Source: Zygnema circumcarinatum SAG 698-1b (taxonomy: Eukaryota > Plantae > Zygnematophyceae). From it: 64,000 nucleotides of DNA. A program made the translations under genes and the position numbers. The notes below the pieces were generated by a model. It made no database searches. It had not been told where the DNA came from and was given only the letters and a program-made list of their open reading frames with translations. The stretch is taken from assembly GCA_037447605.1 (NCBI GenBank), contig CM074811.1, positions 2,356,001 to 2,420,000 on the forward strand, written 5' to 3'. Below are positions 22,531 to 34,063 of the stretch, piece by piece (positions within the stretch are counted from its first letter, which is position 1; every line of letters begins with the position of its first letter).

Positions 22531-25500
22531 ATGGAGCTAACTTATCTCCGCCAGCTTGTGGCGGCCATTTCCATTTTTGTCCTCGTGTTCCTTCCGACGG
22601 TCTTGGCAGGTCAACTTTCTCGTGGCCTTAAGAATGCTAATAATGCCCTTTGAAGATTAGCTCGCTTGTAATGGCTCCATACTGTTATCGACATATGCAG
22701 GCGGTTTGTACTTATTTGGTGTGCCTTGCAAAGGACCTTTGGACAGGGCCTGACATGCTTCATTTTGGCAAATGTTTCTGGAAATTTTATTATCTTGATT
22801 AATGGCGATACCTAGTCCGTTAGTGTGTCTCAGCTTGTCCAATCAAAGTTCCATTTTTTTTTTTTTTTTTTTTTCCATTTTTTGGGCCCGAAATGTTCTA
22901 ACAATGTTTACAGGCGTGCTTTCTTGGGATGGACAGTTGACTGTGGTGCGGACCTGCCAGGCTACTTGTACTATGAAAATACGGACTATCCCGGCGCCTA
23001 CTCATCAAAAACAGGTTCAAGAACATCTTTAAAGTCGTGCGCAAGATTATGCGCAAACAGCCGGATCTGTAAAGCCTTTATTTTTTCCCCGAATGCTTCC
23101 AATCCTAGTGTAGGAAGATGTTTCTTCAAAACGACATTGGGGACACCGGTCACTAAAATGAACACGGCTACATACGTCGCATGTGCTCCGTCTTTGTCAT
23201 CTCGTAAGTATTTTCTTCCTTTGTACCCTGATTTTCGTCTGGTTTCCAATTTGTATTCTGTCCGTTTCTACTTACTGATGAAGCTGTCAGCTTGCTGTAA
23301 TGTTTGCATCATTTGGTGGTCCCAACTTCAGCTTTGAGTTTCTTTAGTGCTGAGCAAGTTGACACTCGGAACTGTGGCAGCCATCTGCAGTGCGACGGAG
23401 GAAAAGTTTCAGCTGTATGCGAATCGATTGTTCAAGGGCGCTGATTACAGGAGTCAGAAAGGAACTGCTACCACTTGCACTCTAAGTTGCAGACGAGATT
23501 CGAAGTGTCAAGCAGTCTCCCATGATCTCATCACAGGCGTTTGTTCCTTCAAAAGGGCCATTCCTACGGAGCAGAAACCGTATGTGGACCTAAATACGTA
23601 TGTGAAATGCGATCCGGGTGAGTGAATATGAATCTCTGATCGTCAGGTTTACCAACCTCTTTCGCTCAAGCTTTGTGCACAGTATGCTTGACAATAAGTA
23701 GCTTCTGATAAGCGAAACAGCTTAACGGAGGGGTCTAATAGTGGAGGGTCCAACTTCCACCTGCCAGATGCTCTGTTTGTATCTGAACTCGGTGTCTCAC
23801 TAGTTGCTTTGTGTTACGCCTCTGCATTCTCGAATGAGCTGTTAAAAGATAATCGACATGGGAATACGATGTTGTCCCTTCAAGGTCGGGTGCTGGCAAG
23901 AACTGCTTTCATTGGATGTTTCAACTGGTTGGCAGGTCCGCGGACGTTTACCATCATGCACTACAATGACATCCACGCTCGCATTGAACCCGCAACAAAC
24001 TTTGGATCGTTGAACTGCGCGACTAATGCAGGTCTGCCATTTAATGTTTTTGGAACCTCGACAAGTTTCTCCACTGGGTTTCATTCTTTCATGAGATCTG
24101 TTACTGACGTCGGTTGAAGTTATAGCAGAGTTTCAATCTGATTTCAGTTTCCCCCACCGCCCCTCCTTTGCCCCTAATTTGTTGCTTATGGACTCCACTT
24201 TGCTGTTGTCTGCTTGACTGTTTGCCACTGAGTAGATTGCATGCTCGTTGTAGTGCTTAAGCTCATAGATTCAGCGAATTAGATGCATTTATTCGATTCA
24301 GTCTATTTATGAGTCAGTTGAGACCTAGAAAATTGTCTCCCTACTTCAAGAAGTGGATCTTGCAAGCGTTTCTGTTCATCGTGTACTAAAGGTTTGCTTG
24401 CCCATTCAATGCATGACTCACCAGATCTCTGCTATGGAGGGTTTGCGCGACTTACAACGGTGGTGAATGAAGCTCGGGCAGAGGGCCCGACCTTGTTCTT
24501 GGATGCGGGAGACCAGTTTGTGGGCACTCTGTACAGTTATCTATATCGTGGAGCAGAGGCCTACCCCTTCCAGAACTACATGAAGACTGATGTTATGGTG
24601 AGTGGACTGAGACACTTTCACATCCATGTGCTCCTGATGTTGAATATGGCACATTGGCTTTCTCAATTGGAGACCTAGTGGACACCCTGCTCCATGCCAG
24701 TATAGTCATTCTGTCACATTGCTTCCATAAGCACTGATTCTCCTTGTTGTCCCCTGCAATGATGCTGTCCTCTTTTTTTTATTTTTTCTTTGGTTTGGCC
24801 TATTCCAGACTCTCGGCAATCACGAGTTCGACTACGGGCCGGAGGGGTTGGCTGCGTACCTCAGAAACCTCACCTTCCCTGTGGCCACCTGCAACGTCGT
24901 CCCCAAGGCGAGCAGTGTCCTGTACGGCCTTGTGAAGCCGGGCCCTGTCGTGCTCACCCTCGCCATGCCGGACGGGTCCGCGCTGAAGGTCGGCATCGCC
25001 GGGTGGACCATCCCCACCACTCCGAGCCTGTCCAGCCCCGGACCGGACATCGACTTTCTGCCGCTCGTGGCCTCCGTCCAAGCGTGCGTGGACGACCTCA
25101 AGAGGCAGGGGGTGGACATTGTCATCGGATTGGGCCATGCGGGTCTGCTTGACGATGGAGACATTTTGGTCGCCAAGAATGTACCGGGTGAGTCTGTTCG
25201 CCATTGCCTCTTGAAAACTGTAACCGCAGGGTCCGTATATTGGCTTTTTGAGGGTGTTTGCTTTCTACGCAGCCATGGAGGTGGGGAGGTTGATGGTTAG
25301 CTGGCTGCTCTTGAGTAGGGCTTGACGGGTCCTGGGAGGAGGGGGGCAGGTCTCGACCTTGTGATCGGCGGGCACAGCCACACCTTCCTCTACAACGGGA
25401 CGGGGCCAGTCCTCAACATTAACAACAACGTCACACGTGACATTCCTTTGCTGCCAGAATACACCTACCCATACCCTGTTGTAGCAGACTATGACTCATC

Positions 25501-27470
25501 AGTGGTGGTGCCCTACTACCAGGTCTACTACGCGAGCAAGTGAGATGCTATCTGGTGCTCTATATTCGCATCATTATAAATGACATGTTGGAGCAAGAAG
25601 CTAACCAAGGAATGCGTTTCATCCCGAGAATGCTGACCTCTGTACGTAAGCATGGGTTTGTGAGGTTGAGACTAAGATATGGCTGTCCGTCTGCAGGTAT
25701 GCCGGCAAAATTTCTGTCACCTTTGACAGCTCTGGCAACATTGTGAGCAAGTCCGGCTATCCTATCCTTCTTGGTGGGCAGAACAGCTCCAACAATGTCG
25801 CATCAGACCCTGTTGCTGTGGCGAAAGTGGCGGAACTCTCTGGGCCCCTCCAGGCTTTCCGCAATAAAGTCGTTGGCTCGGCTGCAGTGTTATTGGATAC
25901 CCAAAGGAACACGGTGGCGAAAACTGAGAGCAATCTCGGCAACCTTATCACTGTAAGTCCATTGGAAAATCTGCTGTCTGGAAGCAAATGGCTTGTTGAC
26001 ATTCGTGAGTCTGAACTTGCACTGCACGATTGACCTAAATCAGGAATATGGGTCCTGAATGAAAAGTGGCAGGGAACAAGCAGATGTAGGGTCAGCAGGA
26101 TACAATGGAGTTGTTATTGATGGTTTCTATGCTGGAATAGCAATGAAGGTAGAAATGAGCAAAGTATCCTTATTCAGGCTCTTGACCTCAAGGTTGTCCT
26201 GAATCTCCTATCTGAGTATTTGAGCCTCAGTCTACAAATCTGAACACTCGTGGAGAATAATGATGGAAGAAGATGAGGACTTTCTTGTGCAGTTCATGTC
26301 TGAGCTGTGTTAGCACCACTTTACCAACCGTTCTATCATCTTCTGGTTTCTGTTGCAGCCTTTCCAAGTGTGCCATAGTTCTAAAATTGTCACCGGGTAT
26401 GTCACAGGCCAGGAATTGACAAGTTCTACTCCTTTTCCCTCGTTTCTTCTGCTGTGCTTGCAACCATCAGGATGCCATGATTTGGGAGGTGAAGAGAAAC
26501 CCCAACTTTGAGTTGAGTTATGGGCCTATCGACATTAGCGTGATGAATAGTGGCGGCATCCGATCCCCCATTGCAGCAGGCAGCATCACTGTTGGGGACG
26601 TCATCACTGTGCTGCCCTTCGGCAATGTGCTCACGATCAAGAAGCTGACAGGAGCTTCGTTGAAGAGCCTTCTCACTTACTCTGCCGACAAGTGGACCGC
26701 TCTTGCTACCAATGGAGGCTTTCTTCAGGCAAGTACTGCGACCTTAAGAATAGCTGAGTAATAACTTCAGATACATATCATTCTGGTTCCATTGGCAAAT
26801 GTCCATGCGTCAGCAAAGGACTAAGCACAGATGCGCAGCAATGATGTGGATAGACTGCAATGAAAGGAATGGAAGCTCTCACCTGTAGCACTGACTGAGT
26901 GGAGCAGGCAATGCGCTGCCGGGCATGGTGCAGGTCTCAGGCGTGTACTACGCGTTTGACAACAGCCTGCCAGTTGGCTCGCGCTTTCTTGAAGCGAAGC
27001 TGCTGAACCCCGTCACGAAGTGCCTCTCTCCCATTGTGGACTCCGCGTTCTATAACGTCGTCACCAACGACTTCACGGCGGCCGGAGGAGACAACTTCCC
27101 TGATTTCAAGGCAGCCGCTATGGTCTTCTCCTCGGGACGGGTCCTCAGCGACATTGTCAACGATTACATCGGCGCCTACTCCCCCGTCAGCCCTACGATA
27201 GAGGGCCGCATCCGCGCCGTCAACGGAGCCACGGAGTCCTACACTCTCACGCCGACCTGCACATCCTCGCAGACGTGCTCCCTCACGCTGACTTCCTACG
27301 CTTGCATCGGCTGTAAGTGTCGTCCTGCCTGGACTACTCTCTTGCAGAAGGCGATCGATAAAGCGGAAACTTAGCCCTCCTTAGGGCTTTTCTTAGAGCA
27401 GGAAAAGTTGAGTTCGTCGAGGCAACTCCCTAACCTCCAAGCGCCGGGCCCTGCTGATCTGTGTGCAGAA
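22531..27470 (+). CDS. Gene B: secreted PAN/Apple x2 + single 5'-nucleotidase module, about 771 aa
   Basis: Exons 22531-22609, 22937-23203, 23381-23617, 23936-24031, 24425-24597, 24809-25187, 25350-25539, 25697-25952, 26471-26728, 26934-27312, 27469-27470. Total 2316 nt, in frame. Exon sizes match the paralogues and the metal-ligand motifs are intact. Confidence 0.9.
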
Positions 27471-28037
27471 AACAAACTATCTACGTTTGCGTGAATTCAC
27501 GGGCGAGGAGTGAAGGGGCGGTTGGATTATTGTGGCTTCTTCCTGCGCGTAGAGCGAGATAGAGAGAGGCTAGCTGGTGGTCTGAAGTGTGCCCGCAGTG
27601 GGTCTTCCGGGGGCGGGGAAGTAAGGCGCGAGGTCTCCTCTCCTCTGGTTCTTAGGGTTTGCAGTCCGCCATGGCCTGCTTCACTCCCTCGGTTTGTTTG
27701 TTTTTAGGGCTTTTTTGCGACCATGTACGGCATGTGCCGTACAACTTTTTGAGGTGGATAATAATAACGGAGGGGGTCCGTCGGCATTTCATTTTTTTGA
27801 CAGTTTCTTAACCACTCGCACGTGCGGACGGTTGACGTTGTCATGATTCCCTGTACGGCATGCCAACCGCCGTCGGCCGCCGGCGGTTGTTCGTACAAAT
27901 TTGGTTTTGTCGTATTACCGCGGCACAAATGGTTTCTCGCCAAACGTTGGTGAAAGTCCCCACGATTCAACCAAAACTGCCGTGTTCCATTTTCAAACAA
28001 AAAAGAAATGCCGAGGCGTAGCGTTAGCTTTTTTCTT

Positions 28038-29222
28038 GGAGAACTATATACCGCCCCCCTTTTTTGGTTATCCCGCCACCGTTTTTTTGAAATCCGACCC
28101 TCCCATTTCGGCTATTCTGCCCCCCTCCCCCATTTTGGATATTTCGGGAGGAGATCGCCCCCCTGTTTTGAATATTTCTTTCCCGCCCCTCCCGTCCTCT
28201 CCCCTCCCCTCCCCTCCCCTCCCCTGCCCTCCCCTCCCCTTCCCTGCCCTCCCCTCCCGTCCTCTCCCTCCCCTCCCCTTCCCTGCCCTCCCCTCCCGTC
28301 CTCTCCCTCCCGTCCACTCCCCTCCCCTGCCCTGCCCTCCCCCGTCCTCTCCCCTCCCCTCCCCTGCCCTCCCCCTCCCCTCCCCTTCCCCTTCCCTGCC
28401 CTCCCCTCCCGTCCTCTCCCCTCCCCTCCCCTGCCCTCCCCCTCCCCTCCCCCTCCCCTTCCCTGCCCTCCCCTCCCGTCCTCTCCCCTCCCCTGCCCTC
28501 CCCCTCCCCTCCCCCTCCCCTTCCCTTCCCTTCCCTGCCCTCCCCTCCCGTCCTCTCCCTCCCCTCCCCTACCCTCCCCCTCCCTCCCCCTCCTTCCTGC
28601 CCTCCCCTCCCGTCCTCTCCCCTCCCCTCCCCTTCCCTCCCCTGCCCACCCCTCCCACCCCTCCCTTCCCTTCTTCCTCTCGGTTTGCAATTTCCACACA
28701 AATGACTGAGTATAAGACTCGCGATGAGCTTGTACAAGAAGAAGACACAAGACGAATCCTTCCTTCTTGCACTACAAGAAGGAAGGATTTCACATCAAGA
28801 TCGGCAAGCATAGCGATAGCCGCCGACTCTACTTGCAATGCTTTAGCCGGGGGACCTACGAGGACAGAGGTCTGGAAGAGAGTAGTAAGAAGAGGAATAT
28901 CTCTCCTCTGCTCTTTCTCCTCTAGTCTTTCTCTCCTCTACTCTTTCTCCTCTGCTCATTCTCTCTCTCTCCTTTGCTCTCTTCTATGCTCTCTCCTCTA
29001 GTCTCTCTCCCCTTTGCTCTCACTCCTCTACTCACACTCTCTCTCTCCTCTGCTCATTCTCTCGCTCCTTTGCTCTCCCCTCTAGTCTCTCTCTCCTCTA
29101 CTCTCACTTTGCTCTTTCTCTCTCCTCTATACTCTCTCTCCTCGGCTCTCGCTCCTTTGCTCTCTCTCTCTCTTCTCTCTCCTTTGCTCTCTCCTGTAGT
29201 CTCTCTCCTCTACTCTCACTCT

Positions 29223-29274
<52 letters not shown>

Positions 29275-29585
29275 CTCTGCTCTCTCTCCTCTAGTCTTTC
29301 TCTCCTTTGCTCTCTCCTGTGCTCTCTACTCTAGTCTCTCTCTCCTTTGCTCTCACTCCTGTGCTCACTCTCTTTCTCTCCGTTGCTCTCTCTCTTTCTC
29401 TCCGTTGCTCTCTCTCTCGAATGTTGCGCTGATGTGTGAGAAGGAGAAAACGGGGGGGGGGGAATATCCAAAATGGGGGGGCGGGATATTTCAAAATAGG
29501 GGGCAGAATAGCCGAAATGGGAGGGTCGGATTTCAAAAAAACGGTGGCGGGATAACCAAAAAAGGGGGGCGGTATATAGTTCTCC
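28038..29585. mobile_element. Non-autonomous MULE-like element with long TIRs
   Basis: Near-perfect inverted repeats of more than 80 bp (GGAGAACTATATACCGCCCC... / ...GGGGCGGTATATAGTTCTCC) and an 8-bp direct flank TTTTTCTT. Interior is C- and CT-rich. Inserted in an R1 copy. Confidence 0.75.
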
Positions 29586-30512
29586 TTTTTCTTTTGTGCT
29601 TAGGTCCTTCGCGACCAGTTAGTTCCTCGTGGTTCCCCATGATGCTGATGTTGTCCATGTACATGTGATGGCATCATCGCCATCGTGATATCAATGCCAC
29701 ATCCCTTTCTTCTTAAAAGAAAATAAGAAGGGAAATCGGGGAAGTGGCATTGATCTCACGATGGCGAGGAGGCCATTAAAGAAGAAGAAAGAATATAAAA
29801 GAGAGGGTTTCATTTTGCCTCCTTTTGGTCACCCTCCGGCTTCCCAGCCAATTACAAACTGGAGCCGCACCTGCGGGGGTCCCGCAAAAAAAAAATGAAT
29901 GAAAGAAACCTGAATCGCGGCGGGTTTGACAACTGATCTGCGGACGGAACTGAAACCGAATGTTTGCATGGAACGGCTCTCGTCTCCGGCACCGGCGCCG
30001 CCAGACTCGCTGTCGGCGCTCTAGTGGACAACGGAGTCCGGGGCCGCACCGCCGGATTCCAACGGCATCTTTTTGGCGTGACCCCCGCCGCCGTTCCAAC
30101 CCGACAGGCATCTCGTGTCGCTTCCACAACCGACAGCATCGGCTGACGCATCGCATTGCGGAATATTCCACGTTGACAACAGGATCTGACGTGGCCCCCG
30201 CGCTGTGGCGCCTCTCAAACCAAGAAGCAGCTTCAATTGAGCCACGTGGCACTGGTGTCCGACGTGGCAGCAGTGCTACCGACAATTCCCCATTTCTGCG
30301 CGGCACTGTGCAGCAGGGGATCGGCCGCCGGGCGGCGGCAGCATGTACGACCGCGGGAGGCGGCTGGCGGCTGCCAGTCCGCGGCGGAGGGGGCAAAGGG
30401 AGAGGGAGAGGGAGAGGGAGAGGGAGAAGGAGAGAGGGGAAGGAAAGGAGGGAGAGAGGGAGGGAGAGAGGGAAGGAGTGAGGACTAGCTGGCAGGCGGA
30501 GANNNNNNNNNN

Positions 30513-31099
30513 CCCTTCCCTTCTTCCTCTCGGTTTGCAATTTCCACACAAATGACTGAGTATAAGACTCGCGATGAGCTTGTACAAGAAGAAGACACAA
30601 GACGAATCCTTCCTTCTTGCACTACAAGAAGGAAGGATTTCACATCAAGATCGGCAAGCATAGCGATAGCCGCCGACTCTACTTGCAATGCTTTAGCCGG
30701 GGGACCTACGAGGACAGAGGTCTGGAAGAGAGTAGTAAGAAGAGGAATATCTCTCCTCTGCTCTTTCTCCTCTAGTCTTTCTCTCCTCTACTCTTTCTCC
30801 TCTGCTCATTCTCTCTCTCTCCTTTGCTCTCTTCTATGCTCTCTCCTCTAGTCTCTCTCCCCTTTGCTCTCACTCCTCTACTCACACTCTCTCTCTCCTC
30901 TGCTCATTCTCTCGCTCCTTTGCTCTCCCCTCTAGTCTCTCTCTCCTCTACTCTCACTTTGCTCTTTCTCTCTCCTCTATACTCTCTCTCCTCGGCTCTC
31001 GCTCCTTTGCTCTCTCTCTCTCTTCTCTCTCCTTTGCTCTCTCTCTCTCTTCTCTCTCCTTTGCTCTCTCCTGTAGTCTCTCTCCTCTACTCTCACTCT

Positions 31100-31151
<52 letters not shown>

Positions 31152-32377
31152 CTCTGCTCTCTCTCCTCTAGTCTTTCTCTCCTTTGCTCTCTCCTGTGCT
31201 CTCTACTCTAGTCTCTCTCTCCTTTGCTCTCACTCCTGTGCTCACTCTCTTTCTCTCCGTTGCTCTCTCTCTTTCTCTCCGTTGCTCTCTCTCTCGAATG
31301 TTGCGCTGATGTGTGAGAAGGAGAAAACGGGGGGGGGGGAATATCCAAAATGGGGGCGGGATATTTCAAAATAGGGGGCAGAATAGCCGAAATGGGAGGG
31401 TCGGATTTCAAAAAAACGGTGGCGGGATAACCAAAAAAGGGGGGCGGTATATAGTTCTCCTTTTTCTTTTGTGCTTAGGTCCTTCGCGACCAGTTAGTTC
31501 CTCGTGGTTCCCCATGATGCTGATGTTGTCCATGTACATGTGATGGCATCATCGCCATCGTGATATCAATGCCACATCCCTTTCTTCTTAAAAGAAAATA
31601 AGAAGGGAAATCGGGGAAGTGGCATTGATCTCACGATGGCGAGGAGGCCATTAAAGAAGAAGAAAGAATATAAAAGAGAGGGTTTCATTTTGCCTCCTTT
31701 TGGTCACCCTCCGGCTTCCCAGCCAATTACAAACTGGAGCCGCACCTGCGGGGGTCCCGCAAAAAAAAAATGAATGAAAGAAACCTGAATCGCGGCGGGT
31801 TTGACAACTGATCTGCGGACGGAACTGAAACCGAATGTTTGCATGGAACGGCTCTCGTCTCCGGCACCGGCGCCGCCAGACTCGCTGTCGGCGCTCTAGT
31901 GGACAACGGAGTCCGGGGCCGCACCGCCGGATTCCAACGGCATCTTTTTGGCGTGACCCCCGCCGCCGTTCCAACCCGACAGGCATCTCGTGTCGCTTCC
32001 ACAACCGACAGCATCGGCTGACGCATCGCATTGCGGAATATTCCACGTTGACAACAGGATCTGACGTGGCCCCCGCGCTGTGGCGCCTCTCAAACCAAGA
32101 AGCAGCTTCAATTGAGCCACGTGGCACTGGTGTCCGACGTGGCAGCAGTGCTACCGACAATTCCCCATTTCTGCGCGGCACTGTGCAGCAGGGGATCGGC
32201 CGCCGGGCGGCGGCAGCATGTACGACCGCGGGAGGCGGCTGGCGGCTGCCAGTCCGCGGCGGAGGGGGCAAAGGGAGAGGGAGAGGGAGAGGGAGAGGGA
32301 GAAGGAGAGAGGGGAAGGAAAGGAGGGAGAGAGGGAGGGAGAGAGGGAAGGAGTGAGGACTAGCTGGCAGGCGGAGA
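30513..32377 (+). repeat. Near-identical copy of 28663-30502 across an N gap (probable assembly artefact)
   Basis: Starts immediately after the 10 N at 30503-30512. Differs only in microsatellite and homopolymer length. Confidence 0.85.
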
Positions 32378-32407
32378 GAAGCAAGAGAAGAGCACTTGGC
32401 AGGTCAG

Positions 32408-32848
32408 CCCTCCCTCCCTCCCTCCCTCCCCTCCCTCCCTCCCCTCCCTCCCTCCCCTCCCTCCCTCCTCCTCCTCCCTCCCTCCTCCCTCCCTCCCTCC
32501 TCCTCCCTCCCTCCCCTCCCTCCCTCCCACTCCCTCCCTCCCTCCTCCTCCCTCCTCCTCCCTCCCTCCCTCCCTCCTCCTCCCTCCTCCTCCTCCCTCC
32601 CTCCCTCCTCCCTCCTCCTCCCTCCCTCCTCCTCCCTCCTCCCTCCTCCCTCCTCCTCCTCCTCCTCCTCCTCCCTCCTCCCTCCTCCCTCCTCCTCCTC
32701 CTCCCTCCTCCTCCCTCCTCCTCCCTCCTCCTCCCTCCCTCCTCCCTCCTCCCTCCTCCTCCTCCTCCTCCTCCTCCTCCTCCTCCTCCCTCCCTCCTCC
32801 CTCCTCCTCCTCCTCCTCCCTCCCTCCCTCCCTCTCCTCTCCCCCTCT
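32408..32848 (+). repeat. (CCT/CCCT)n low-complexity tract
   Basis: About 440 bp of C/T-only sequence. Confidence 0.95.
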
Positions 32849-33610
32849 TCTCATCCGCACCATCCTCTTTGCCAGCTTGCCAGCAGTTTCTTTCCCTATC
32901 TTCCCGCAACGGGGTCACTGTATGTTTTTTTTTTCTGCGTCCCATTTTCCTTCATATCCCAAAAACCTTACTCTTATCGCACCCGCACTCCTCATCGTCA
33001 TGAGGATTCCTCCATGGTTCCTTCTCTCTCTCTTTGGCGAGCTTCCTCGTCACAAATAACGGTCGAGTTGGCATTGGCCGCGCGCTTGCCTGTCACTTCA
33101 TATCCCGATATATCGTTGTAGTGGTCGATACCGGCTGCGGCTCTCTTCCTTTAATCGCCGCCTCGGACCTCGCTGACGTCAGCGTGCCGCTCGCTTACTT
33201 ACAACGATACTTACTTGTGAGAGTAGTAAAAGTTCGCATTCGGTAAATGCAAGCATGCGATGATGTCCTTCCGGTAGCGAACATCGCCTGGATAATTTTC
33301 AAAGTATCGTTCTGGTAGAGCGTGAGGTTGTTGAAGCAGAGCTTCCATTGTGGAAGTAGAAGAAGAGTAAAGGATGCCTGCGTTGCCAGTCCAGATGAGC
33401 ACAGAATGGCGGCAGGGGAGGGAGATGGAGATGGAGAAGGGGAGGGCAGAGGGGGTCCTGGCTGAGCGACCCGCCTTCGGAGGCTCTTTTCGAGTTCTGC
33501 GGCTCGCTGGGCCGCAAACAAAGGGATCGCCAAGAGCAGTAGTTGAACTGTGCTCAGTCCCGGGAAGTTTTCGGGACTCAGGCCTTCCTTTTTCGAGGTA
33601 GAAATTTTGT

Positions 33611-33747
33611 CAGTGGCGGACCTACACGTACAAGTTGGGGGGGCTTAGCCCCCCTTCAGATTCTGAAAATTCAGCCTTTTTCATAATTTTATTTTATTTT
33701 ATTTTCTGCTGAGCCCCCCCTCAGCAGAAATCCTGCATACGTTTCTG
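33611..33747 (+). mobile_element. hAT-like MITE upstream of gene C
   Basis: Left end CAGTGGCGGA, degenerate right end ...TACGTTTCTG, 8-bp flanks AATTTTGT and AATTTTGC. Confidence 0.65.
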
Positions 33748-34063
33748 AATTTTGCGGTTTTGAAAACTCGCTTTCCGAAAGTGCAGTGGGATTGATTCGA
33801 CCTCTTCGAAAAGCACGCTTGATTTAAGCCCCGAAATGGCGTTCAAATAGCCAACCCCGGGAATAAAGACGCTGCTTAAAAAAAAAAAATAATAATAATT
33901 AAACCTCTGTATCTGACACTTTGGCAGTCCTGAGTTTTCGATGTGTACTGGTGCTTCTCTGTCTGTTTAAGGTATTTGTTTCAGTGATTGGCCCCTCCTC
34001 CTCCTTGTGGTTTGCCCTAACGTTTCTCCCTACATTGTGCAGGTGCCCGCGCGCTCGCCAAAG

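Noticed and set aside
28702-28716. MTEYK, identical to the start of Ras
   Set aside because: No LVVVGxxGVGKS P-loop follows. Chance match.
7099-32043. P1BS-like GNATATNC motifs (7099, 7189, 21604, about 32036) as phosphate-starvation elements for the nucleotidases
   Set aside because: About 15 are expected by chance in 64 kb, and these lie in repeat-like sequence far from the ATGs.
30513-32377. Apparent 1.85-kb tandem duplication
   Set aside because: It starts exactly at a 10-N gap and is near-identical, so uncollapsed contig overlap or a second haplotype is more likely.
27901-33121. Long Pro-, Gly- or Leu/Ser-rich ORFs resembling extensins (27901-29001, 32218-33003 and overlaps)
   Set aside because: They are translations of C/CT simple repeats inside TE-like sequence, open in most frames and without a signal peptide.
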